Shown here in pieces: positions 9,223 to 18,615 of a DNA stretch of 64,000 bases; position 1 is the stretch's first letter; each line of letters starts with the position of its first letter. The translations under genes were made by a program, and so were the position numbers. The stretch is from an uncultured Chloroflexia bacterium. Its GTDB lineage: Bacteria; Chloroflexota; Limnocylindria; Limnocylindrales; CSP1-4. Where the stretch lies: positions 1,162 through 65,161 of the forward strand of contig CAVUSH010000003.1 of the NCBI GenBank assembly GCA_963744095.1, written 5' to 3'. Below the pieces are notes generated by a model. That model saw only the letters and a list, made by a program, of their open reading frames with translations. It did not search any database and was not told the DNA's origin.

Positions 9223-9807
9223 TCAATCGTTGCCGAAGAGCTGGATGCCGACGACCACCGCGATCCTGGCGCCGCCGAGCAGGATGGGCTGAGGCCCCGC
9301 CAGCCTGGGGTCCAGGTCGCGGACGCGGGCGGAGAGATAGCCGAATCTTACACCCATGAAGATCCTTTCGTCCTCCGGGACGAGAAGGAGGCCGCCTTCC
9401 GCCTTGATCCCCCTCCATTTTCCCTTGATCCAGGAATCCAATGCTTCCTCCCGGAAACTCATGCCGGCGATCCCGGCCCCCGCTTCGAGGCAGAGGAGGC
9501 GGGAAACCCTGATCATGTAACCGAGACCGACCGAGATATAGCCCTGGGTCGCCCGCGCATCCAGCCCCAGGTCCGGCGTCTTGCCGCTTTTTGAGAATTG
9601 ACCGATGCTGCCTGTCAGGCAGAGCCCCTTCACCAGCCGAATCGACGCCGAGAGCTCTGGATAGATCGCCTGGTTTCCGTATATCGAGCGGTAGCTCCCG
9701 TCGGCGGGGCGGATAACGTTCGCCTCGACGCCGATAAAGAGCCGGCTCTCCGCGTGCGCCGCAGCTGCCAGGACCAGCGCCACCGGGACGATCAGGAGCC
9801 TTCTCAT
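9223..9807 (-). CDS. small outer-membrane beta-barrel protein
   Basis: ORF 9223..9834. ATG 9805-9807 (MRRLLIVPVALVLAAAAHA) is preferred because of the AAGGGGAAGG RBS and because it lies after the upstream TAA at 9818-9820. Similar to 5848..6423. Confidence 0.7.
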   Translation of the reverse strand: MRRLLIVPVALVLAAAAHAESRLFIGVEANVIRPADGSYRSIYGNQAIYPELSASIRLVKGLCLTGSIGQFSKSGKTPDLGLDARATQGYISVGLGYMIRVSRLLCLEAGAGIAGMSFREEALDSWIKGKWRGIKAEGGLLLVPEDERIFMGVRFGYLSARVRDLDPRLAGPQPILLGGARIAVVVGIQLFGND

Positions 9808-9817
9808 GGCCTTCCCC

Positions 9818-12800
9818 TTAGATGGTGATTTCATTGGACTCGATGATCACGTCGCCCAGGGCATCGTAGGCCACGACCTTATAAGTGTAGCTCGTGCCGG
9901 ACTCCAAGAAGGCGTCGTTCGTGGTCCATGACGACCCTCCGACCTCCGATCCGGCCACCTCCTGTCGAAACAGATAGGCCTGAGAACCGGACTTCCGGAA
10001 GATCCTGAATGTATCGACGGGAACGCCGGCGGGATTGCCGACCGAGACCGTCAATCGCCCGTATTCCCGCTGGATGATCCAAGCCTTCTCGACGAGTCGC
10101 TGGCCGCTGAGGCTCAGAGTGATGGATCCCCCGGCCTGTGTGACGGTGACGTCCTTAGGGCTGCCGGCGGCGCCCGCCGCCGTGACGCGGATGATCCCGA
10201 CGCGCGAGGAGGACGTCCGATTGGTCGAGAAGGCCGCTGTGATCGGCCCACTGCCCATCCCGCTCCCTCCCGAGGCGATAGACAGCCAGCCCGCTCCCGC
10301 CAAGACCGCCGCCGTCCAATTGATCGTTCCCCCGCCCGTATTCGAAACGTCGAAAACCGTCGTTCCGCCTGTGAATGGGACGTCCCTATTGGACGGCAGG
10401 ACCTCCAGGACGGGGAGCTGGCTGATCGTCAAGAGGACCGGCCGGGTCGTACTGCCGGCCCCGTTGGTCGTATTGGCGAAGGTCACAGTATCGTTGTAGG
10501 TTCCTGCGGCCAGGGCGTTCGCCCCGGAGCCGATCGATACCGTGACCGTGACCGCAGCGCCGCCGGCCAGATTACCCGAAGCCGGCGAGACGGTGACCCA
10601 CGTTCGGGTGGCCGAGGCCGTCCAGGCTATGGTCGCCGCTCCCGTGTTCTGCAGCGCGTAGGCCCGGCTCGAGGCGCGAACGGACCGCCGACGGGTCCCG
10701 CCGATGTAAGCCCTTCAGCCGGCGTCACCGAGAGGGCGCCCGGCGGCCTGGATACGGTCAGTGTCACGGTCCGGATGGTGTTGCCGATGCCGTTGGTCGT
10801 GTTGCGTGAATGCGACCGTATCGTCATACGTCCCGGCCGAGAGCTCGACGGCCGCGGCGTTGATCGAGACCGTGACGATCGTCGACGCGCCCGCGGTGAG
10901 TTCTCCGGAGGACGCGGACAGTGTTGTCCAGGCCGCGGACTTGACCGCGGTCCAATTGATCGAAGTCGTGCCGAAGTTCCTGAGCGTGTAAGATTGGCTC
11001 GACGGTGTAAAGGGGCCGCCGACGAGTCCTTCCGCCGCGAGTCCGCCGGCCGGCGTCACGGCAAGTGAGCCCGCCGGCGCGGTGACCGTCAGACTGACCG
11101 TTCGGGTCGTGCTGCCGCTGCCGTTCGTCCCATTCGTGAAGGTCACGACACCGTCGTAGCTCCCCGCCGCCAGGCCCTCCGCTGCCGTTGATGTCGACAG
11201 GGTGACCGTCGAGGACACGCCGGGATCGAGGGTCCCGGAGGCCGGGGAGACGGCGATCCAGGTCCGGTTCGGCGTGGCCGTCCAGTCAAGCGCAGTCCCG
11301 CCTGTGTTCTGAAGGGTGTAGTTTTTACTCGGCGGCTCAAAAGAGCCCCCTTCGGGCCCCGTCGATGCCAGGCCGTCGGCCGGCGTCACTTCGAGCACGG
11401 GCGCGCCTGCCTGGGTCACGGTGACCGTGACGCTGGGGATTCTGCCATCGGTGGGCGTCACCTTGATCGACCCGGCCCTTGGGCTGAAGTCCGTGTTCTC
11501 CTGATAATCCGCGACGATCGTTCCGGTGTTGCTTCCGCTCGAACCCGATCGGATGGAAAGCCAGTCCTGGCCCGACGTGACCGCCGTGCTCCAATCGACC
11601 CTTCCTTTACCCGTCTTGTCCACGGCGAACGAGGTCGTGCCCGCGGCGTAGGGGACGTCCTGGTTCGGCGGCGTCACCGTCAAGCTGAGCGCGAGGATCG
11701 AGCCGAAGCGAATGTCGTAGTCGGGGTTTCTATGGGCCCAGAAGACGCCCGCCGAGCCGTCCCTCGTCCTGAGCCGGCAGGGGCACAACGACGACCGGAC
11801 CGGAATCGATCGGTCCGCCTCCGGTTTCCAGCGCCATTTCTGTCGTCCAGGTGCCGGGCCCGGCGGCCTCACGGCTCAAGAGACGGACCCGGGTGCCACC
11901 TTCGACAAAGGACGCGAAAAATCTGGGAGCTCCCGTCCCTTCCGCGGCCCGGACGTCTGGGAATCTCTCCACGGCCGCCGAGGAGGCCAGCCGGCCGCCT
12001 GACGCCCAGCTCCTGCCCGAGTCGGGCGAGCCGGCCAAACCGATGTCCGCGCCGCCGTCGGAGGCGCCGTGCTCATAGACGACCAGGACCGTGCCTTTCT
12101 TCGCCGCGATGCGGGGCGAGGAATCGGGCCCGTCGTCTTCGGGCGTGACGAAGATGGGATCGGACCAGCTCGCGCCGAACGTCGTCGACGAAGCGACCGC
12201 GATGCCCGACGCCCGGCCTTGGGGCCAAGAAAAGGCGACATGGAGGGCGTTTCTGTCCGGATCATAGACCAGGGCGGTTTGGATATCCGGACCGTCCGGG
12301 CCGGAGAACGAGGCGATCGTCAAGGCCCGGCTCCACGTCAGGCCGAGGTCGGGGCTGACCCTGAACTTGACCGAGCGCGTCAGGCCGTCCGATTCGGCAT
12401 AGACGATATAAAGGTAGGACGCGGCGTACCTCCAATAATCGGTGGCCAGCGACGGGTTCCGCTGATCGGCCTGGCCGAGGGTCACCGGGAACTCGACGTC
12501 CGTTGTCAGGTCTTCGGACAGCCGGGCGAAAAAGACGTCGCCGTCCCCAGCGGCCCAATCCCTCACGAAAGCCATGCCGATCGTTTGACCCGAGACCTGC
12601 CGTAGCGAGGGCTGCGTCCAGGGTCGTCCGTCGCCGACGACTATCGTCTCGGTCCATGTCAGGCCGCGGTCGGAGCTCTTCCGGACGCGGATATCCCTGG
12701 GCTGTCCGCCCGCCCATTGCTCAGCGGCCGCGAAAAGTGCCCATTCCCCCCGGCCCGAATTCCAGATCGCGGCCGACGGATTCTTCTCATCTTCCGGCGA

Positions 12801-13190
12801 GAAAAGCACCGGGCTCGTCCCATCGTTGGAGCCGATGTCCTTGATGTTTCCGGGCGCTCCCTCCACCCGGTTAGACCGGGCGGATGCTCCCATCTTGAGC
12901 GCGGCGGCAGGATCGGTGACGGCCGCGAGGGAGAATATCTGGGCGAAGACCTTGGCGGCGTTCGCCGCGTCGCCAATCGACCTGAGATGCTTCAGCTCCG
13001 CGCTCAGCCGGCGCAGGCCGGCGTCATCATCTTCCCGGACGTCGGGCCGGGCGACGGGCGATTTGCCTATTTGGGCCGGGCCGGACTCGCCGGTCCTGTC
13101 CTGGGTCCGGCCTGTTGTCTGGAGCAGGGCGAACCCGGCGGCGATCAAGATAGGAAGCCATATCCTTCCCGTTGGAAAACGGTGCCCCAT
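9818..13190 (-). pseudogene. large secreted BNR/Asp-box (sialidase-like) plus BACON/Ig-like repeat plus FN3-like protein, three frameshifts
   Basis: Piece 11730..13190 has signal peptide MGHRFPTGRIWLPILIAAGFALL and Asp-boxes SSDRGLTW, SPDLGLTW, STTFGASW, SPDSGRSW. Pieces 10715..11872 and 9818..about 10690 share one frame and carry repeated roughly 95-aa modules (VTVTQAG, TRTVSLTVT). ORF 10627..10827 holds the correct frame for about 40 codons in between. AAGGAGAG RBS before ATG 13190. Confidence 0.7.
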
Positions 13191-13348
13191 GACACTCTCT
13201 CCTTGGCTGACCCGCGGCTTAGCCCCATGCCCATCGTTCGGCAACGGATGCGAAAGAGGCCGATGATCAACGGCCTGGCAATTAGGAATAATATCACATG
13301 AAGAAGGACATCTGTCAAACCATCCTCCCGCGCCGGTCTCCGGCGGCA

Positions 13349-13789
13349 TCAAAACAGGGCCAGCGAATATTCCCTGAGACGGGCCTGGCGGCGCCGGGCG
13401 TCAGGCATGCGGCCCTCGAGCTCGGCCCAGAAGGCCCGGCCATGGCCCCGAACGCGAGTGTGGACGAGCTCGTGGAGGATGACGTAGTCGGCCAGGTCCG
13501 GCGGCACCACCGCGAGGAACGCGTTGAGCTGGATGCGGCCCGTGCGGGAGGCGCTGCCCCAAAGCGTGCCCTGGCACCGGACGCTCAGGCGCCCGGGACT
13601 GTAGCCGTGCTCGCGGGCCAGAGCGTCCAGGCGCCCGGCGAGGGCGGCCTTGGCGGCCCGCCGGTCCAGCCCCTGGGCCGCGAGAACGGCCTGGCGACAG
13701 CGGCCGCGGGCGCTCTCGAGGCGGGCGAGGGTGCGCCGGATCCAGGCGAGCTTGTCGAGGGCGACGCGCCGGGCCTCGTCGAACGACAC
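13349..13789 (-). CDS. DUF45/YgjP-like (M48-type) zinc metallopeptidase; true 5' end probably further upstream
   Basis: HELVH zinc motif (YVILHELVHT). Family-like sequence (RTYVLDGVGPVLFVKTKRARHISLTARASRGVRVAVPWRVS) continues in frame upstream of GTG 13789 to about 13930. There is no ATG, GTG or TTG in that stretch. Confidence 0.7.
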   Translation of the reverse strand: MSFDEARRVALDKLAWIRRTLARLESARGRCRQAVLAAQGLDRRAAKAALAGRLDALAREHGYSPGRLSVRCQGTLWGSASRTGRIQLNAFLAVVPPDLADYVILHELVHTRVRGHGRAFWAELEGRMPDARRRQARLREYSLALF

Positions 13790-13952
13790 CCGCCAGGGGA
13801 CGGCGACGCGGACGCCGCGGGAGGCCCGCGCGGTCAGGGAGATATGGCGGGCCCGCTTGGTCTTTACGAAAAGGACGGGGCCGACGCCGTCGAGGACGTA
13901 CGTCCGGCACGGCGCCGCGGACTTCGCCGACAGGCCCTGCCTGCCGCCGGTC

Positions 13953-16364
13953 TCAGTCCTCGAAATCGAACCGTCTCCGGGCGAGTTTATTGTTGACGGT
14001 GTTGGCGTCCAGCGCCCACATGCCCCGGCCGTGCGTGGCGATGACGATGATGTTGTCCCGCGGGTGGACGATCAGGTCGTGGACGTAGGCCGTCGGGAGG
14101 TTGCCGCCGAGGACCATCCAAGTCTGGCCGCCGTCGGTCGTGACGTAGACGCCCATATCGGTCCCGACGTAGAGGATGTTCTCTCTGACAGGGTCCTCGC
14201 GGATGACGTTGACCGGCCCGACCGGGATGCCTTTGGCCAGGCTCGTCCAGGTCTTGCCGAAATCGATCGATTTCCAGACGTAGGGCGTGAAGTCGTCGTC
14301 GCGCTTGCCGTTCTGGGTGAGATAGACCGTGCCCATCTTGTGGGCCGAGGCGACGACACGGGACATCCACTTGCCCGGGGCCAGTCCGGCCGTGATCTCC
14401 TGCCAGGCCTTGCCGCCGTCCTCGGTCACCCAAAGGCGGCCGTCGTCCGTGCCGGCATAGATGAGCCCATAGCGGAACGGCGACTCGGAGACGGTGAAGA
14501 GCGTCTGGTAGCGGATGTCGCCTCGCGTCGCCGGGTCGTTGGTCGTCAGGTCAGGGCTGATCCTCTCCCAGGTATCGCCCCGGTCGAGGGACCGGAAGAC
14601 GTACTGCATGCCGTGGTAGACGATGTTCGGGTTGGTCGGCGAGAGGATGAACGGGGCCAGCCACTGGCCGCGGAGAGGCGGCTCGTTCTCGTACGGAGTC
14701 GGGAGCAACGATTTCGTGTAGGGCCAGCCGGGGTACTCCCCGGGCTTGTCGTATTCGCTCCGCATGATCGTGCCGTAGAAGCCGGCCGAGTAGACGATGT
14801 CGGGGTTGGTCGGGTCGACGGCGTGGTTCGAGCCCTCGCCGCCGGGAGCGTTCTCGAATTCCTGGGCCGGGATCTTGTCCCGTCCCTGGCTCAGGTCGAC
14901 CTTGCCGCGGAAGCTGCCGTGGTCCTGCATCGAGCCGTAGACCTTGAACGGCGTGGCCATGTCGTAATTGAGGTTGAAGAACTGGCAGACGTTGATCTCG
15001 TTCTGGAAGTAGCGCCAGCTCTGGCCCTTGTCGTAGGACACGGCCACCCCCTGGTCGAATCCCCTGAGGAGATAGTTGGAATTGGCCGGGTCGATCCACA
15101 GGGCATGGTTGTCGCCGCCCGGGGCGCGGCGGAAGGTCGTATAGGTCTTGCCGCCGTCGGTCGAGACGCTGAAGGGCACGCCCAGGATATAGGATGTGTT
15201 CGGGTCGTTCGGGTCGACGCGGATCTGGCCGAAGACCCAGCCGTAGGTCCCGGAGTGGCGCTCCATGAATCCTTTCTGCTGGGGCGTCAGGCCGCTCGTC
15301 TGGGTCCAGGTGGCCCCGGCGTCGTCGGAGCGATAGACCGTGGCCCCCTTGATGAAACCGGAAGAGGGAACGCCGTAGGAGTCCGTGATCTCCTGGGGCG
15401 TCGGCTCGCGCGAGATCTCATAGTTGTCGACGAGCGCGTAGAGGGTGTCGGGCTTTGTCAGGCAGATGTCGATCCCGATGCGGCCGCGCCAGCGGGCGTC
15501 GGGCAGGCCCTGGTTGACGGGCGTCCAGGTCTTGCCGCCGTCGGTCGTCTTGAAGATGCCGCTTCCGACCGAGGAGGCGTCGTTTCTCGGATCGTTCCAT
15601 TTCTTGCGCGTCCGCTGCCACATCGCGGCGTAGAGGGTGTCGCTCGAGCGCGGGTCCATGACCAGGTCGTAGGCGCCGGTCTCGTCGTTGACGAAGAGGA
15701 CCTTGTCCCAGGTCTTGCCGCCGTCGACGGTCTTGTAGACGCCGCGGTCGGCGTTTTTCGTCCACTCGTGCCCGCCGGCCGCGACGTAGACGATGTCGGG
15801 GTTGGTCGGGTGGACGACGATGCGGGCGATGGTGTTCGTATCGGAGAGGCCCATGTTGGCCCAGCTTTTGCCGCCGTCGGCCGATTTGAAGATGCCGATT
15901 CCCGCCTGGGAGCTGCGGAAGATGTTGTGCTCGCCGGTGCCGACCCAAACGACGTTCTGGTCGGACGGGGCGAGGGCGATGTCGCCGATGGCCGCCGTGA
16001 CCATGTTCTCGAAGATCGGCGTCCAGGTCGTGCCCTCGTTCTCCGTCTTCCAGACGCCGCCCGAGGCCGAGGCGACGTAGACGGTGTAGTTCGTCCCCTT
16101 GGGGGCGACGACGGCGACATCGGTCACCCGGCCGCTGACGTTCGTCGGGCCGAGGAATTGCCATTTGAGGTCCTTGAACTTCGAGGCCGCCTGCATCGCC
16201 TTATACTCCTCGAAGCCCTTGAGCCGGAGCTCAGGGTTGGTCGATTGGAGGACCTTGGGTTTGACCGTCTTGGGTTGGGCGAACGGGAGCGCAGCCAGGA
16301 CGAGGATCGCCGCGGCGACGATCCATAGGGACCTGCGGACGGGGGACCTGCGGAACATGGACAT
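13953..16364 (-). CDS. secreted BNR/Asp-box repeat beta-propeller protein (sortilin/VPS10-like)
   Basis: ORF 13953..16397. ATG 16362-16364 (MSMFRRSPV...) lies 7 nt after GAGGAGG. About 10 Asp-boxes are present (SADGGKSW, TVDGGKTW, TTDGGKTW, STDGGKTY, TEDGGKAW, TTDGGQTW...). Confidence 0.85.
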   Translation of the reverse strand: MSMFRRSPVRRSLWIVAAAILVLAALPFAQPKTVKPKVLQSTNPELRLKGFEEYKAMQAASKFKDLKWQFLGPTNVSGRVTDVAVVAPKGTNYTVYVASASGGVWKTENEGTTWTPIFENMVTAAIGDIALAPSDQNVVWVGTGEHNIFRSSQAGIGIFKSADGGKSWANMGLSDTNTIARIVVHPTNPDIVYVAAGGHEWTKNADRGVYKTVDGGKTWDKVLFVNDETGAYDLVMDPRSSDTLYAAMWQRTRKKWNDPRNDASSVGSGIFKTTDGGKTWTPVNQGLPDARWRGRIGIDICLTKPDTLYALVDNYEISREPTPQEITDSYGVPSSGFIKGATVYRSDDAGATWTQTSGLTPQQKGFMERHSGTYGWVFGQIRVDPNDPNTSYILGVPFSVSTDGGKTYTTFRRAPGGDNHALWIDPANSNYLLRGFDQGVAVSYDKGQSWRYFQNEINVCQFFNLNYDMATPFKVYGSMQDHGSFRGKVDLSQGRDKIPAQEFENAPGGEGSNHAVDPTNPDIVYSAGFYGTIMRSEYDKPGEYPGWPYTKSLLPTPYENEPPLRGQWLAPFILSPTNPNIVYHGMQYVFRSLDRGDTWERISPDLTTNDPATRGDIRYQTLFTVSESPFRYGLIYAGTDDGRLWVTEDGGKAWQEITAGLAPGKWMSRVVASAHKMGTVYLTQNGKRDDDFTPYVWKSIDFGKTWTSLAKGIPVGPVNVIREDPVRENILYVGTDMGVYVTTDGGQTWMVLGGNLPTAYVHDLIVHPRDNIIVIATHGRGMWALDANTVNNKLARRRFDFED

Positions 16365-16454
16365 CGGCAACCTCCTCGGGGGAATCCAGTCGCTCAACTA
16401 TAGTGAAATCCTTCGCGGCCTGTCAACGGACAGCCGTGGCGGACGCGGACGGGG

Positions 16455-17354
16455 CTAGCTCAGAAGCGAGCCGAGGGCGATCGAATAGAACTTGTTGTCG
16501 TCCGAATCCCCGCGCGAAGTGAGGACGCAGGGGCAGGTCGCCCCGGCCACGACGGCCCCCAGCTCCCCTTTGGCCAGGTAGGTCGACGCCTTAAAGAAGA
16601 TATTGCCGGCTTCGATGCTGGGAAAGACAAGGATATCAGCGTCGCCCGCCACCGGCGACTTGAGGCCCTTGATCCGGGCGCTCTCTTCGCTGAAGGCCAC
16701 GTCGAGGGCCAGCGGTCCGTCGACCACGGCGCCCTTGATCTGGCCGCGTTCGGCCATCTTGGAGATGATGGCCGCGTCCGTCGTCGAGGGCATCTTGGGG
16801 TTCACCTTCTCGACCGCCGAGAGGAGGACGGCCTTGGGCTTGTCGATCCCCAGCTTGTGAGCCACGGCGATGAGATAGTTCAGGATGGCGATCTTCGCTT
16901 CGAGGTCGGGGGCGGGGATGACGGCCGCGTCGCCGCAGATGATGAGCTTCTTCCAGGCCGGGACCTGGATGACCGTCACGTGCGACAGGAGCCTTCCGGG
17001 AGGAAGCAGACCTCTCTCCTTGTTGATGATCCCGCGGATATAGACGGAGGAATCCAGCAAGCCTTTCATCAGAAAATCCGCCTCGCCTGCACGGACCTTG
17101 TCGATGGCCAGGGACAACGCCTTGTCTTTGTCCGGCTCGTCGACGATCTCGAAAAGACCGGTGTCGATCTTGTTTTCGCCGGCGACCTTTTGGATAGCCT
17201 TCCGGTCCCCGGTCAGGACGGCATGGACCAGCTTCTCTTTGACGGCCCGGCCCACGGCCTCGATAGTGTGAGGGTCTTCCGCGACCGCGACGACCAGCCG
17301 CTTGGTGGGCTTGCCCTTGACCCGGTCGACGATCTCGTTCAGGGTCGTGATCAT
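16455..17354 (-). CDS. ptb: phosphate butyryltransferase
   Basis: 3' part of ORF 16455..17759. ATG 17352-17354 (MITTLNEIVDRVKGKPTKRLVVAVAEDPH...). Belongs to the phosphate acyltransferase family and lies 26 nt downstream of buk. Confidence 0.85.
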   Translation of the reverse strand: MITTLNEIVDRVKGKPTKRLVVAVAEDPHTIEAVGRAVKEKLVHAVLTGDRKAIQKVAGENKIDTGLFEIVDEPDKDKALSLAIDKVRAGEADFLMKGLLDSSVYIRGIINKERGLLPPGRLLSHVTVIQVPAWKKLIICGDAAVIPAPDLEAKIAILNYLIAVAHKLGIDKPKAVLLSAVEKVNPKMPSTTDAAIISKMAERGQIKGAVVDGPLALDVAFSEESARIKGLKSPVAGDADILVFPSIEAGNIFFKASTYLAKGELGAVVAGATCPCVLTSRGDSDDNKFYSIALGSLLS

Positions 17355-17380
17355 GATGGCTCCCTTCGGTTCGCCAGAAA

Positions 17381-18448
17381 TTAGGATGGATAGGTGCGGG
17401 CCGCATCCTCTCCGCGCATCACGCGCAGGCCGGCTTGGGCTAATGCCACCATCTCGTTCTCCCCGGGGAAAACGAAGACCGGTCCGAGGAATTGGATATA
17501 CGTTTTGATCCTGTCGACGAACTCGGTCGAGAAGGCCAGCCCGCCGGTCAGAACGATCCCGTCGACCCGGCCCTGGAGGACGGCGGCGCACGCGCCGACC
17601 TGCTTGGCCACGGTGAGGACCATGGCCTCGAAAACAAGATCCGCCTGCTTGTCGCCTTCGGCGATGCGCTTGAGCGTCTCCCGCATGTCGTTGGTCTTGA
17701 GGTAGGCCACCATCCCGCCCCGGCCCGTCAGCATCTTCTTGAGATCTGTTTCCGCGCATTTGCCGGAGAAGGCCAGGGCGACCAGGTCGCCCGCGGGCAC
17801 AGTCCCGGCCCGTTCCGGGGCGATGGGCCCTTCGCCGTTCAGGGCGTTATTGACGTCCACCACGCGGCCCTGCCTGTGGACGCCGATCGAGATGCCTCCC
17901 CCGAGATGGCAGACGATGAGGTTCGCCGACTCATAGCTCTTGCCGAGCTCTCGGCAGGCCAGCCGGGCCGAATACTTGTGGTTCAGGGCGTGGAAGATGC
18001 TGCGGCGCCGGATCTCGGGGACGCCGCTCAGGCGGGCCCAGTCGTCGAGCTCGTCCACGACGACGGGGTCGACGATGAAGGCAGGGATGCCCAAAGGGCG
18101 TGCGATCTCGTCGGCGATCAGGCCGCCCAGGTTCGAGGCGTGCTCGCCCTGGACCCCCCGGTAAAGATCCTCGAGCATCCTGTCGTTGACCCGGTAAACG
18201 CCGCTGGGGATGGGATTGAGGAGTCCCCCCCGGCCGACGACCGCCGCCAGGTCCTTCGGTTCGAGCCCCTTGTCCCTGAGGATTTTGAGCACGATGTCCT
18301 TGCGAAAAGCCTTCTGCTCCACGATCTTGTTGAATGGCGCCAGCTCTCCGGCGGAATGCGAGATGTTCTCGGACAGGATCTCGCGTTCGTCCTCGTAAAC
18401 GGCGATCTTGGTCGAGGTCGAACCGGGATTGATGATCAACAGGCGCAT
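17381..18448 (-). CDS. buk: butyrate kinase
   Basis: ORF 17381..18448. MRLLIINPGSTSTKIAVYED..., HLGGGISIG, and a butyrate-kinase-like sequence throughout. Confidence 0.9.
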   Translation of the reverse strand: MRLLIINPGSTSTKIAVYEDEREILSENISHSAGELAPFNKIVEQKAFRKDIVLKILRDKGLEPKDLAAVVGRGGLLNPIPSGVYRVNDRMLEDLYRGVQGEHASNLGGLIADEIARPLGIPAFIVDPVVVDELDDWARLSGVPEIRRRSIFHALNHKYSARLACRELGKSYESANLIVCHLGGGISIGVHRQGRVVDVNNALNGEGPIAPERAGTVPAGDLVALAFSGKCAETDLKKMLTGRGGMVAYLKTNDMRETLKRIAEGDKQADLVFEAMVLTVAKQVGACAAVLQGRVDGIVLTGGLAFSTEFVDRIKTYIQFLGPVFVFPGENEMVALAQAGLRVMRGEDAARTYPS

Positions 18449-18615
18449 GGTCCACCATGGGCGAAGGATCGGGCTTTTTCGGTCGCGAGCGAGGGGCTTG
18501 GTTCCCGACCGTCTCCGTTGCCCGCTAACACGCGGGGAATCTTACTGCCCGAGCTGGACCGTGTCAAGGTCATCACGGCCTTTTCGGCGCCCGGCGCGGG
18601 CCGCCGGAGCCGAGG

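Noticed and set aside
13650-16328. 892-aa plus-strand ORF, and similar very long ORFs (46372..50010 minus, 50507..52735 minus, 40308..42221 minus, 22642..23871 minus, 35162..36598 minus, 7519..8958 plus, 578..1594 plus)
   Set aside because: These are antisense shadows of strongly recognisable genes (BNR propeller, mutS, clpB, tamB, ackA, hslU, S9 peptidase, DUF481). Their Arg/Gly/Asp/Pro/Leu-rich composition is typical of off-frame high-GC DNA. Only the last 181 codons of 46372..50010 (pgsA) are real.
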